Shown here piece by piece: positions 10,393-22,620 of a stretch of DNA of 64,000 nucleotides (the stretch's first letter is position 1; each line of letters starts with the position of its first letter). The stretch is from assembly GCA_963720755.1 (NCBI GenBank), contig CAVRGP010000011.1, positions 96,001-160,000 on the forward strand, given 5' to 3'. Source of the DNA: an uncultured Chloroflexia bacterium. GTDB lineage: Bacteria; Chloroflexota; Limnocylindria; Limnocylindrales; CSP1-4. The position numbers were made by a program, and so were the translations under genes. The notes below the pieces were generated by a model. The model had not been told where the DNA came from. It did no database searches and saw only the letters and a list, made by a program, of their open reading frames with translations.

Positions 10393-12465
10393 CTAACGCC
10401 GGCGCGGATCCATCCAGCCGAAGTGGCCACCATCAAGGGTCGGGATACGACCGTGCAACCCTTCCCGGACGACCCGGCGGCCGATATCGGTGACGCGGTC
10501 GGTCGTGAAGCCGAACTTGTCGAAGATCGTCGCGGCCGGTGCCGACGCACCGAAGTGATCGAGCCCGATGATCGCGCCCTCGTCGCCGACCCAGCGCTCC
10601 CACCCGAGCGATACCCCGATCTCGACGCTGACCCGCTTGCGGACGGCCGGCGGCAGGACCTCGTCCTGGTAGGCCTGGCCCTGGGCGTCGAACCGTTCCC
10701 AGCAGGGCAGCGAGACGACCCGGGTCGGGATCCCGTCGGCTTCGAGTGCGTCGGCGGCCGAGAAGGCGAGCTGGAGTTCGGACCCGGTCCCGATCATGAT
10801 CAGCTCGGGTGTGCCACCCGAGGCCTCGCGCAACACGTAGCCGCCTCGCGCGACGCCGTCGCGGGCGAGGCGGTCCGTCCCCGGGAGTGTCGGGAGCTTC
10901 TGACGGGTGAGGGCCAGCGCCACCGGACCGTCGGACCGAGCCGCCGCCAGCGCCCAAGCCGCTGCGGTCTCGTTCGCGTCCCCCGGGCGCACGAACCAGA
11001 GGTTGGGGATCGCCCGGAGCGCGGCGTAGTGCTCGACGGGCTGATGGGTCGGTCCATCCTCGCCCAGGCCGACCGAGTCGTGTGTCCAGACATAGACCAC
11101 GTGGAGGCTGGACAAGGCGGCGAGCCGGACGCTGCCTCGCATGTAGTCGCTGAAGGTCAGGAACGTGGCGCAGTAGGGCAGGAAGCCTCCGTGATAGGCG
11201 ATCCCGTTGGCGATCCCACCCATCGCGTGCTCTCGGACACCGAAGCGGATGTTCCTCCCGGCCTCATCGGCGCTGAAATCGAGCGCTCCCTTGACATCGG
11301 TCAGGTTCGATTCGGACAGGTCCGCAGCACCCCCGAAGAGCTCTGGCAGACGGTCCGCCAGCGCGGCGATGGCGTCCTGGCTGGCATTCCGGGTGGCAAC
11401 CTCCGTGCCGGTCTCGTATACCTTCAGATCGCTGTCCCACCCGTCGGGCGATCCGCTGGCGAGCATCCGGCGTCGGAGTTCTGCGGCGGCGTCCGGATAG
11501 GCATCCTGGAAGGCATAGAACCGGGATTCCCAGTCGCGGTAGCGCTCCTCGCCGACATCGATCGCCTGGCGCAGATGTTCGGACACTTCCGGCGGGATGT
11601 AGAACGACCGGTCGGGATCCCAGCCATAGGCCTCCTTGGTCAGGCGAACCTCCTCTGGGCCGAGCGGCGATCCATGCGCCTTCTGGCTGTCGTGCTTGTT
11701 CGGGCTGCCGAACCCGATATGCGTCCGGATCGCGATGAGGCTCGGCCGCTCGTCGGCCTGCGCGGTCCGGATGGCGGCCTCGATCGCGGCGATGTCATTG
11801 CCGTCCACCACCCGCTGGGTGTGCCAGCCGTACGCATCGAACCGCTCGAGGACGTTCTCCGACCAGGCCATCGTCGTGGGGCCGTCGAGCTGGATGCCGT
11901 TGTCGTCGTACAGGACGATGAGCTTGCCCAGGCGAAGGTGCCCGGCGAGGCTCGCGGCTTCGGACGAGATCCCTTCCTGGAGGTCCCCGTCCGACGCGAT
12001 GACCCAGGTCCGGTGGTCGACGATGTCGTGGCCGGGCCGCCCGAACTCATGGGCCAGCCGCCGCTCCGCGATGGCCATCCCGACCGCGTTGGTGAAGCCC
12101 TGACCGAGCGGTCCGGTCGTCGCCTCGACGCCTGGGGTCAGGCCGTACTCCGGGTGGCCCGGCGTGATGCTGCCCCACTGGCGGAAGGACTCGAGATCCT
12201 CGAGGGAGACGGCATAGCCGGTCAGGTGCAGGAGCGAATAGAGGAGCATGCTGGCGTGCCCGGCGCTCAGGACGAAGCGGTCGCGGTCGGCCCAGTCGGG
12301 GTGTGCCGGAGCGTGGCGCAGGAACCGGGTCCACAGGACGTAGGCCATCGGCGCGGCTCCCATGGGCGCACCCGGATGGCCGGAGTTCGCCTTCTGGACG
12401 CCATCGATCGAGAGTGTCCGGATCGTGTCGATGGACAGCTGATCGAGGTCGGTCGCGATGGTCAT
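10393..12465 (-). CDS. tkt: Transketolase
   Basis: [27 protein letters not shown] and [11 protein letters not shown] motifs. Confidence 0.97.
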   Translation of the reverse strand: MTIATDLDQLSIDTIRTLSIDGVQKANSGHPGAPMGAAPMAYVLWTRFLRHAPAHPDWADRDRFVLSAGHASMLLYSLLHLTGYAVSLEDLESFRQWGSITPGHPEYGLTPGVEATTGPLGQGFTNAVGMAIAERRLAHEFGRPGHDIVDHRTWVIASDGDLQEGISSEAASLAGHLRLGKLIVLYDDNGIQLDGPTTMAWSENVLERFDAYGWHTQRVVDGNDIAAIEAAIRTAQADERPSLIAIRTHIGFGSPNKHDSQKAHGSPLGPEEVRLTKEAYGWDPDRSFYIPPEVSEHLRQAIDVGEERYRDWESRFYAFQDAYPDAAAELRRRMLASGSPDGWDSDLKVYETGTEVATRNASQDAIAALADRLPELFGGAADLSESNLTDVKGALDFSADEAGRNIRFGVREHAMGGIANGIAYHGGFLPYCATFLTFSDYMRGSVRLAALSSLHVVYVWTHDSVGLGEDGPTHQPVEHYAALRAIPNLWFVRPGDANETAAAWALAAARSDGPVALALTRQKLPTLPGTDRLARDGVARGGYVLREASGGTPELIMIGTGSELQLAFSAADALEADGIPTRVVSLPCWERFDAQGQAYQDEVLPPAVRKRVSVEIGVSLGWERWVGDEGAIIGLDHFGASAPAATIFDKFGFTTDRVTDIGRRVVREGLHGRIPTLDGGHFGWMDPRRR

Positions 12466-12535
12466 GGTCCGAGGCTCCGTTCGGCAAGGGAAGGGGGTCG
12501 AGTCATTGTAGTCGTGGCCGGGCTATCCTCCGACC

Positions 12536-13498
12536 ATGCCGCCCATCCCACGACCCAGGCGACCGCGACGCCCTGCCCGCCGGTCGAGGGTGGTCGTCCT
12601 CGGCGATCTGATGCTCGACGTGGTGATGGCTCCGGCCCGACCACTCGAACCCGGTACGGACGTGCCCGGCCGGATCCTGCTGGTGCAGGGCGGATCGGCG
12701 GCCAATACCGCTCGCTGGGTGGCGCGACTCGGGGCTCGGTCAACGTTGATCGCCGCCGTCGGACGCGATGCAGCCGGCCGCGCCCTGGTCGCCGCGATCC
12801 GTCACGACGGCGTCGTGTCCCACATCGCCAGGGTCGGTGGTGCCGCGACGGGCCGGATCGGTGTCTTCGTGACCCCTGATGGCGAGCGCAGTTTCGTGGC
12901 GGACCGGGGAGCGGCCGATCGACTCGAGCAGACCTTCCTCAAGCCAGCCTGGTTCGCCGGCGCCGACATGCTCCACCTGCCGGTCTACTCGCTCCTCGGC
13001 GCGTCGCTGGGATCCGCCGCCCGGCGAGCCGTCGAGCTGGCCCGGGCGGCTGGCACCCCCGTGAGTGTGGATCTGGCCTCGGTCGGCCCGCTGCTGGCGG
13101 ACGGACGCCGTCCAGCCCAGGCGCTGGTCAGTGCCATCGAGCCGGCCATCCTGTTCGGTACCGCCGCCGAAGCCGAGGCTCTGCTCGGGCCGCGCGACGT
13201 CGAGGGCTTGCTGGAGATGGCCCCGATCGCGGTGGTCAAGCGCGGGCCGAAGGGGTCGACCGTCCTGCTTCGCCAGGGTTCGGAGCGGCTCCGGTTCGAG
13301 ATCGCCACGGAACACCTGCCGGCAAGCGACACGACCGGTGCCGGGGACGCCTTCGATGCCGGGTTCCTGGTCGCCTGGTCGGATGCCCGCGCCTCGGGCC
13401 GGTCCGGGCCTGCCTCGCTCCAGCGCGCTGCTCTGGCCGGGCATCGGGCAGCAGCCCGCCAGATCTCCACGCCACGACCCGAATTGCCGCTCGCCTGA
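12536..13498 (+). CDS. PfkB-family carbohydrate kinase (possible pseudouridine kinase)
   Basis: GGSAANTA and DTTGAGDAF motifs; TGATG overlap with psuG. Confidence 0.85.
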   Translation: MPPIPRPRRPRRPARRSRVVVLGDLMLDVVMAPARPLEPGTDVPGRILLVQGGSAANTARWVARLGARSTLIAAVGRDAAGRALVAAIRHDGVVSHIARVGGAATGRIGVFVTPDGERSFVADRGAADRLEQTFLKPAWFAGADMLHLPVYSLLGASLGSAARRAVELARAAGTPVSVDLASVGPLLADGRRPAQALVSAIEPAILFGTAAEAEALLGPRDVEGLLEMAPIAVVKRGPKGSTVLLRQGSERLRFEIATEHLPASDTTGAGDAFDAGFLVAWSDARASGRSGPASLQRAALAGHRAAARQISTPRPELPLA

Positions 13499-14460
13499 TG
13501 CTGTCCGATCGGATCGCCGTCCATCCCGAGGTCCGGGAGGCCCTGGCCGACGGGGGTCCGGTCGTTGCGCTCGAATCGACCCTGATCAGCCACGGCCTGC
13601 CCTATCCGCAGAACCTCGACGTCGCCAGTGCGTCGGAAGCGGCCGTGCGGACGTCCGGCGCGGTCCCGGCGACGGTCGCGATCCACGATGGCCGCCTGCT
13701 CGTCGGGCTTGACGAGCCGGCCCTGGTCGCCCTCGCCACCGCGGCCCCCGGCTCCGTCCGCAAGGCGTCGCGCCCGAGCCTCGCCGCGGCCTTGGCCGGT
13801 GGGGGCTGGGCGGCGACCACGGTCTCGGCGACGATGATCGCGGCCCACGCCGCCGGGATCGTCGTCTTCGCCACCGGAGGGATCGGTGGCGTGCATCGCG
13901 GGGCGCTGGGCGACCCTCGAACGGCCGACGGGTCCAGGCCGGCGACCCTCGACATCTCGTCCGATCTCGAAGAGCTGGGGCGGACCGCCATGGCGGTCGT
14001 GTGCGCCGGTCCGAAGGCGATCCTCGACGTCCGGGCGACGCTCGAATACCTCGAGACGCGAGGCGTGCCCGTCATCGCCGTCGGCCAGGCAGAGCTGCCG
14101 GGCTTCTACGCCCGCTCGTCCGGGATCCCGGCGCCGTCGTCCGTCCCCGATGTCGCCGGCGCGGCCGCGGTCGTCGGGATCCACCTGCGGCTGGGCCTGG
14201 GTGGCGCCCTCATCTGCGTCCCGGTCCCGGAACCCGAGGCGTTGGAGGATGCCCTGGTGCGGGACGTGGTCGCCCGGGCCATCGCCGATGCCGATGCGGC
14301 CGGCGTCCGGGGTCCGGAGCTCACGCCCTGGCTGCTCGCACGGATCGCCACGCTCACGTACGGAGCCTCGATCCGGGCGAACACGGCGCTCATCGTCAAC
14401 GACGCCGCCGTCGCCGGGACCCTGGCTGTCGAGCTGGCTGCCGACACGACCCGCGCCTGA
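13498..14460 (+). CDS. psuG: Pseudouridine-5'-phosphate glycosidase
   Basis: VALESTLISHGLPYPQN, TTVSATM, TGGIGGVHRG, DISSDL.EL and TPWLL motifs. Confidence 0.93.
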   Translation: MLSDRIAVHPEVREALADGGPVVALESTLISHGLPYPQNLDVASASEAAVRTSGAVPATVAIHDGRLLVGLDEPALVALATAAPGSVRKASRPSLAAALAGGGWAATTVSATMIAAHAAGIVVFATGGIGGVHRGALGDPRTADGSRPATLDISSDLEELGRTAMAVVCAGPKAILDVRATLEYLETRGVPVIAVGQAELPGFYARSSGIPAPSSVPDVAGAAAVVGIHLRLGLGGALICVPVPEPEALEDALVRDVVARAIADADAAGVRGPELTPWLLARIATLTYGASIRANTALIVNDAAVAGTLAVELAADTTRA

Positions 14461-14542
14461 GTCTTGCCGCTCGCATGGCCCATCGCTACACTGCTCCGGG
14501 ACCCGGCTGCGGCTCCCGGACGCTCGAGGAGGCCCCGATCGC

Positions 14543-15049
14543 ATGCAGATCTACGAGGGCAGTGCGCGCCAGGATTTCGAGGAGGTCTTCCGCTCGATCG
14601 GCGCGTTCCTCGACCAGCGAGGCATGCGTGAGGTGCTGCTGCTCGAGGCGCCGGATGGGTTCATCGTCCAGGGCCTGGTGATCTCCGGGACCTCGACCGG
14701 GACCTGGTCGGACACGATGGGCACGGCGAACAAGGAGACCCTCACCTTCCTCGATGACGATATCGCCAGGTTCATGGAGGAAGCTGCGTCCCGCCGGGGG
14801 GCGCCGCCGGTCGCGGACGCGCGGATCATCGGCCACTACGAGGCCGCATTCCGGGTCATCGGTCGATACATGGACGACCAGAAGCCGCGGGACGTGTTCT
14901 TCTTCGAGCAGGATGGTGCGTTCGTCCTGCGGCTGCTGATGGGAGGCCAGGCCGGCAACAAGCATGTCCTCGCCGAATTCACCCGCGATGACATCGCCGA
15001 GATGATCAAGCGCGGGCCGAGCCTCCGCCATACGGAGGCCACCCCGTGA
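14543..15049 (+). CDS. Hypothetical protein with an internal two-fold repeat
   Basis: SD GAGGAGG upstream; FEEVFRSIGAFLDQ and YEAAFRVIGRYMDD repeat units. Confidence 0.75.
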   Translation: MQIYEGSARQDFEEVFRSIGAFLDQRGMREVLLLEAPDGFIVQGLVISGTSTGTWSDTMGTANKETLTFLDDDIARFMEEAASRRGAPPVADARIIGHYEAAFRVIGRYMDDQKPRDVFFFEQDGAFVLRLLMGGQAGNKHVLAEFTRDDIAEMIKRGPSLRHTEATP

Positions 15050-15095
15050 TGCACGGCGTATCATCGACCCAGCCATCGCTCCAGGAGGTTCACCC

Positions 15096-15251
15096 ATGAG
15101 AGCCCTCAAGACCGTCGCCGTCGCGCTGGGGATCACCCTTGCGGCCCTGATCGTCATCCCACTCGCAGTCCTGGCCGGACTCTTCGTCTGGCTCAAGGTC
15201 ACCGAGGAGGACGACGAAGAGCTGCTTGAGCTCGATCAGGAAAGCGCCTGA
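15096..15251 (+). CDS. 51-aa single-TM microprotein with acidic tail
   Basis: SD AGGAGG; MRALKTVAVALGITLAALIVIPLAVLAGLFVWLKVTEEDDEELLELDQESA. Below the ORF track cutoff. Confidence 0.7.
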   Translation: MRALKTVAVALGITLAALIVIPLAVLAGLFVWLKVTEEDDEELLELDQESA

Positions 15252-15310
15252 CCAGCACCGACCCCGTCGCCCAGCCACCCGAGACGCCCGCCGGACCGGC
15301 GGGCGTCGGA

Positions 15311-16276
15311 GTGTCCGGCACCAGGGCCACGGTCCGCCCGAACGAGTCGACCGCCCGTGAGCGGCGGCTGGCCGAACTCGCGGCGCTCGTCGTCATGGTG
15401 TTCTGGGCCGCCAACTTCATCGTGGTCAAGGGGGCGATCGGCATCCTGCCGCCGGTCGGCTTCACCTTCCTGCGATACACCGTTGCGGCGATCACCCTGG
15501 TCGTTCTTCTCCGAGTGCGGGAGGGCGCGATCCGCCTCCCTCGCGGCGATGTCGGACGGATCCTCCTGCTCGGGGTCGTCGGGTTCGGCTGCTATCAGAT
15601 CCTTTGGACGGTCGCCCTGCAGGGCGTCCCGGCCGGCGACTCGGCGCTGCTGATCGCCACCACGCCGGTGATGACCGCGCTGCTCGCCATGGCGATCGGG
15701 ATGGACACGCCCAACGCGGTCAAGCTGATCGGGGCGTTCGTGTCGTTCGCCGGGGTCGGGATGGTCATCGCCGCCGGGCAGCGGATCGATATCGGGGCAT
15801 CGATCGGCGGAGACCTGCTGACGCTGGTGGCCGCCGCATGCTGGGCGACCTATACGGTGTTCGGCGCCCGGATCCTGCGCCGCCACTCACCGCTCGTGAC
15901 CACGACCTGGGCGATCGTGGCCGGGACCGTGTTCATGGCACCGATCGGGATCGCTCAACTCGCGTCCTCGGACTTGTCAGGGTTCGGCTGGCCGGTCGTC
16001 CTCGCGATCCTCTATTCGGGGACGCTCGCCGCCGGCTTTGCCAACGTCATCGTCTTCCACGCCGTGAAACTCCTCGGCCCGACCCGGGTGACGGCGCTCC
16101 AGTTCCTCGTCCCGGCGCTCGCGGTGGTGATGGCCGCGGTGTTCCTGGCCGAGCCGATCCGTCCGATCCAGGTCATCGGCGGGCTGGTCATCCTGGCCGG
16201 GGTCGCGTTGCTCCGGCGTGGCGCGTGGCCGACTGGGGGCCGCGTGCGTCGGGTCATCGGCGGGCATCCGCGATGA
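15311..16276 (+). CDS. DMT/EamA-family transporter
   Basis: About 10 TM segments; WAANF..VK and FLAEP motifs. Confidence 0.88.
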   Translation: MSGTRATVRPNESTARERRLAELAALVVMVFWAANFIVVKGAIGILPPVGFTFLRYTVAAITLVVLLRVREGAIRLPRGDVGRILLLGVVGFGCYQILWTVALQGVPAGDSALLIATTPVMTALLAMAIGMDTPNAVKLIGAFVSFAGVGMVIAAGQRIDIGASIGGDLLTLVAAACWATYTVFGARILRRHSPLVTTTWAIVAGTVFMAPIGIAQLASSDLSGFGWPVVLAILYSGTLAAGFANVIVFHAVKLLGPTRVTALQFLVPALAVVMAAVFLAEPIRPIQVIGGLVILAGVALLRRGAWPTGGRVRRVIGGHPR

Positions 16277-17085
16277 TCCCGGCCGGTGGGGTGGCGCCGC
16301 CGGTGGCCGCCCTGCTCCCGGGGGAGTTGCCGCTGGCCATCCTGGTCGACTATGACGGGACCGTGGCCCTGACCGATGTCTCGGACACGGTGATGGCGGA
16401 GCATATGCCCGGCGCCTGGGAGGCGGAAGTCGCGGCCTATGACGCGGGTCTGGCCGGTTCGCGCCGGCTCATGGAATTCGAGATCGGGCTGGTCGACGTT
16501 CCCGAGGCCGACCTGCTCGCGACGGCGGCCGCGCAACCACACGACCCGGGTTTCGTACCGTTCGTCCGTCGGGCTCAGGCGGCTGGTATCCCGGTCGAGG
16601 TCGTGTCGGACGGGTTCGGGTTCTTCATCGAGCCGGCTCTCGAGGCGCTCGGCGTCCCGGAGTTGCCGGTGGTCACCGCCCGGACCACCTTCTCCGGCCT
16701 TCGCGCGTCGATCGCGTTCCCCAACGGCAACCCGACATGCCGCGTCTGCGGCACCTGCAAGCGGGATCGGGTGCTGGCCCATCAGGCGGCCGGACGGACG
16801 GTCGTGTTCATCGGCGACGGCGAGTCCGATCGGTACGCGGCGGGATATGCCGATGTGGTCTTCGCGAAGCGGTCGCTGGTCCGGATCTGCATCGAGGCGG
16901 GTTGGCCGTTCCTGCGCTGGACCGAGTTCCGCGAGATCGAGACCTGGTTGGGCGACGTGATCGCCATGTGGCGGGACGATCCCGACTCGCTTTCAGCGTC
17001 GTCCGCTCGGCCCGTGTTCTGCGGCCCCGAGGTGTGGGGCGGGGGACTCGAGGATCCGCCGCCGGGGAGTTGGCCGCCCGGCTGA
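16273..17085 (+). CDS. HAD-IB phosphatase (MtnX-like)
   Basis: DYDGT, VSDG, CGTCK and IGDGESD motifs; ATGA overlap with the upstream gene. Confidence 0.85.
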   Translation: MIPAGGVAPPVAALLPGELPLAILVDYDGTVALTDVSDTVMAEHMPGAWEAEVAAYDAGLAGSRRLMEFEIGLVDVPEADLLATAAAQPHDPGFVPFVRRAQAAGIPVEVVSDGFGFFIEPALEALGVPELPVVTARTTFSGLRASIAFPNGNPTCRVCGTCKRDRVLAHQAAGRTVVFIGDGESDRYAAGYADVVFAKRSLVRICIEAGWPFLRWTEFREIETWLGDVIAMWRDDPDSLSASSARPVFCGPEVWGGGLEDPPPGSWPPG

Positions 17086-17125
17086 CCCGGCCCCAGCTTC
17101 AAGATCGACGAGAGCTTGGCCGCGC

Positions 17126-17719
17126 TCAGTCCTGGTCCCAGCGCTCCCAGCGAGCGAACGCCTCGAAAGGCACCCAGCCCCGCTTCAGGGACGGTGATCG
17201 GACGTCCGGGAGCGGTTTGCCGACCGGCATGACCCCGATCGGGACGAACTCGTCCGGGATCCCGAGGTACGCGCGCAGACCGTCGATGTCAGGCCCCACG
17301 AAGCCGCACCCAAGCCCCTCGTTCACCGCCGCCAGCATGATGTTCTGCATCGTCGCCCCGATATCGACGAACCAGAACGGGACGGGCCACTCGATCTCCG
17401 TGCCGTCGTCCCGGACCTTGTCCGGTTCCTGGTACCGACGGTGGTAGTTCGCCTCGCTCACGCATGGGATGAACTGGGCGGCGCACCCACTGATCCACGG
17501 CCCGAAGTCGGCTTCGTACTCGTCCTCGCCGCAGATCCGGGCGACTTCCCGACGACGGTCCCGGTCGGTCACGATCAGCAGCCGCTGGCCCTGGCTGAAC
17601 CCGGCCGAAGGCGTGCGCTGCGCGAGCCGGGCGATCCGCTCGAGGACGGCGCGGTCCACACCACCCTCCTCGAATCGACGGACGGCTCGACGCTTCATGA
17701 CGACATCGACGAATTCCAA
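17126..17719 (-). CDS. Nitroreductase family protein
   Basis: RRAVRRF, PSAGFSQ and LAAVNEGLG motifs. Confidence 0.88.
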   Translation of the reverse strand: MEFVDVVMKRRAVRRFEEGGVDRAVLERIARLAQRTPSAGFSQGQRLLIVTDRDRRREVARICGEDEYEADFGPWISGCAAQFIPCVSEANYHRRYQEPDKVRDDGTEIEWPVPFWFVDIGATMQNIMLAAVNEGLGCGFVGPDIDGLRAYLGIPDEFVPIGVMPVGKPLPDVRSPSLKRGWVPFEAFARWERWDQD

Positions 17720-17764
17720 CGTGACTCTCCCAAGGGCTCGGCGACGGCCGACAGACTTCGTGGA

Positions 17765-18142
17765 TCAGGCAGGCAGCACGTTCGTCCCATACGCCGCGAA
17801 CACGTCATCGCGGCTGACGACCAAGGCACCGACCCGATCCGCCTGGGCGACGAGCATCCGGTCGAACGGATCGCGGTGGTGCGCCGGGAGCGCGCCGGCG
17901 CGTTCGGCGTCGTCGCCCGTTATCGGCAGCACGGCGAAGCCGGCCTCGTCGCAGGCGGCCGTCAGGCCGACCGGTGCGGCGAGCTTGCCAAGGGCTCGTT
18001 TGATCGCGATCTCCCAGATGCTCGCGGAGGACACGAGGACGTCGTTGGCCGGATCGGCGATCGCCGAACGAGCAGCTGGATGAAGGTTCGGGTCATCGGC
18101 GAGCCACCACAGCACGGCGTGCGCGTCCAGCAGCAGGATCAC
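17765..18142 (-). CDS. vapC: PIN-domain toxin
   Basis: LLDAHAVLWW, SIWEIAIK and HRDPFDRMLVAQA motifs; GTGA overlap with the antitoxin. Confidence 0.92.
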   Translation of the reverse strand: MILLLDAHAVLWWLADDPNLHPAARSAIADPANDVLVSSASIWEIAIKRALGKLAAPVGLTAACDEAGFAVLPITGDDAERAGALPAHHRDPFDRMLVAQADRVGALVVSRDDVFAAYGTNVLPA

Positions 18143-18375
18143 GACTCGAAGGCGTCCAGGAGAGTCTCGTCCGACTGGTCGAAATCGGGCGAGACCCGGA
18201 CCTGACCGCGCCACAACCCGGGCACTCGTGGGCTGGTCCGTGCTCTGAACGGGACGAGCCGTGCGACCGGTCGACCCGCCCGCGCGATGACGACTTCCTC
18301 GCCGGTCTCGACACGTTCGATCAGCCGCGACAGGTGGGTCTTGGCCTCGTGGATGTTCACGGACGACTCGGTCAT
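18139..18375 (-). CDS. Phd/YefM-family antitoxin
   Basis: NIHEAKTHLSRL..GEEVVIARAGRPVARL. Confidence 0.92.
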   Translation of the reverse strand: MTESSVNIHEAKTHLSRLIERVETGEEVVIARAGRPVARLVPFRARTSPRVPGLWRGQVRVSPDFDQSDETLLDAFES

Positions 18376-18381
18376 GCTTCG

Positions 18382-18410
18382 ACGGTACGAGGTTAGTCCA
18401 TGTTAGTCAA
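18382..18410 (-). promoter_or_regulatory. Sigma70-type leaderless promoter of the TA operon with tandem GACTAAC boxes
   Basis: Minus strand TTGACT-17 nt-TACCGT, 6 nt before ATG; GTTAGTC at 18392 and 18402. Confidence 0.6.
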
Positions 18411-18521
18411 CCAACGCGACGACCAAGGCTCGGCGGTCGTCAACCGGCGTGCCGGGCCGGTTTCGGGTTGCCCCGGGGCACCGTTTCCGATAGCATCAGA
18501 AAAACCCCCGGAGGACCCTGA

Positions 18522-20886
<2,365 letters not shown>

Positions 20887-20937
20887 CGACCAGCGTAGAA
20901 TCCGTCGAACCCGACCCTCCCACCTGGAGCCTGCCGT

Positions 20938-21600
20938 ATGAAGATCTTCCTGGACACCGCCGACATCGAAGAGATCCGGACCGCCGCTCGATGGGGCGTG
21001 CTGGACGGCGTCACGACCAATCCGACGCTCTACGCCAAGGTCGGTGGCTCGTACGATTCGATCCTCCAGGAGGTCTGCCAGATCACCTCGGGACCCGTCT
21101 CCGCCGAGTGCGTCAGCGATGACGTCGAGGGCATGCTCGAGGAGGGACGGCACTTCGCCAAGCTCGCCCCGAACATCGTGGTCAAGGTCGCGATGTCGGA
21201 GAACGGCCTCGAGGCGATCAGCCGCTTCGCCGAAGAGGGGATCAAGACGAACTGCACCCTGATCTTCACGGCCAATCAGGGTCTGCTGGCCGCGAAGGCC
21301 GGCGCGTCGCTCATCTCCCCGTTCGTCGGCCGGCTTGACGACATCAACCAGGACGGGATGATCGTCATCCGCGAATTGGCCGAGATCTTCGCGATCCATG
21401 AGATCGAATCGGAGGTCCTCGCGGCCTCGATCCGCAATCCGCTGCACATGACCCAGGCAGCCTTGGCCGGCGCCCACATCGCGACCCTGCCGTTCAAGGT
21501 CCTCCAGCAGATGGTCCACCACCCCCTCACCGACAAGGGCATCGTCCAGTTCAAGAAGGACTGGCAGGCGGCACGCGAGGCGGCGGCCGCCAAAGCCTGA
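20938..21600 (+). CDS. tal: Transaldolase (short FSA-like class)
   Basis: FLDTA, GVTTNP, VVKV, SPFVGRLDD, AASIR and HPLTD motifs. Confidence 0.9.
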   Translation: MKIFLDTADIEEIRTAARWGVLDGVTTNPTLYAKVGGSYDSILQEVCQITSGPVSAECVSDDVEGMLEEGRHFAKLAPNIVVKVAMSENGLEAISRFAEEGIKTNCTLIFTANQGLLAAKAGASLISPFVGRLDDINQDGMIVIRELAEIFAIHEIESEVLAASIRNPLHMTQAALAGAHIATLPFKVLQQMVHHPLTDKGIVQFKKDWQAAREAAAAKA

Positions 21601-21641
21601 CCCGATCGGACCGGCGCGGTCGGTCTACCTCGTTGGGTCTC

Positions 21642-22610
21642 TCAGGCAACCGAGCGATTGAGCCGTCTGAAGATCGGCCGGAATCCGATACTCGGCCAGG
21701 CTCGTGACGACAGCAGGTTCGTCTCGCGCCAGTCGGTCACGACCGTCTCGTGACCGGCATCGCGTGCCCAGAGCAGGACCGCCTCACCGAGCGCCCTGCC
21801 TGCACCGAGCCCCCGCGCCTCAGGCAGGACGGCCGCGAATCCAAGGAAGCCGGCGCCCGGTGGCCGAACGATCCCGTAGTGCTCGGATGAGACCTCCACA
21901 GCGCAGCCGATCGCGGAGCCGATGACCGCTCCGTCGTACTCCGCGACGAACCAGCTGTAGGCGGGATCGTCGAAGTCGTCCTCCATCTCGCGGGCCGTCT
22001 CCTCGAGGTCGGGCAGCGGCACGTCCGAGAAGACCGGCGACCGGCGCTGATGCTCCGGCAGCACGATCTCGAGTCGGGCGAGGACCGGGATGTCGGCACG
22101 TTCGGCGCGCCGGATGCGCACACCGCGGCGCGGCTGGAGGGCCTCATCAGGAGCGGCGGCGGGACGGATCGCGTGGACATGCTGTTGCCCGAACCCGACC
22201 CGGAACCAGGCATCGATGAGATCCGGTTCGTCGGCCGGGACGATGACCGAGTGACTCGTGGCACCCGCCTCGACCCACTCGGCCGCCGCGAGGCCGTACA
22301 GGTCTCGAACGATCTCGGGCTCGATGGCGGCCGATCCGGCGCCCTCGACGAACATGTTCGGACCCCACACCGGCTTTCGTGGGGCCCCGACCAGGTAGCC
22401 GACCACCTCGTCGCCTCGGACGGCGACGAAGCCGGAGGCGCCGGCCCGCGCGAGCAGCTCCTCGATCTCGGCTCGCGCGACCGTCGGATCCTCGTACATG
22501 GCCGACAGTTCGGGGACCGTCCGTCGCTGTCGTCCATGCCGGTCCGACAGCAGCACTCCGGCCGCATCCAGGTCGTCGGCGGTGATGGCGCGGATGGTCT
22601 GCGATCTCAT
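21642..22610 (-). CDS. Tandem GNAT acetyltransferase
   Basis: AVLPEARGLGAGRAL acetyl-CoA binding motif; two-domain length. Confidence 0.8.
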   Translation of the reverse strand: MRSQTIRAITADDLDAAGVLLSDRHGRQRRTVPELSAMYEDPTVARAEIEELLARAGASGFVAVRGDEVVGYLVGAPRKPVWGPNMFVEGAGSAAIEPEIVRDLYGLAAAEWVEAGATSHSVIVPADEPDLIDAWFRVGFGQQHVHAIRPAAAPDEALQPRRGVRIRRAERADIPVLARLEIVLPEHQRRSPVFSDVPLPDLEETAREMEDDFDDPAYSWFVAEYDGAVIGSAIGCAVEVSSEHYGIVRPPGAGFLGFAAVLPEARGLGAGRALGEAVLLWARDAGHETVVTDWRETNLLSSRAWPSIGFRPIFRRLNRSVA

Positions 22611-22620
22611 CGATCCATCG

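Noticed and set aside
10336-12879. Long antisense ORFs (this 847-aa ORF, also 18393-20438, 23795-25651 and 51793-54237)
   Set aside because: Shadow frames of tkt, pyrG, rho and leuS caused by high-GC codon bias; no recognisable motifs.
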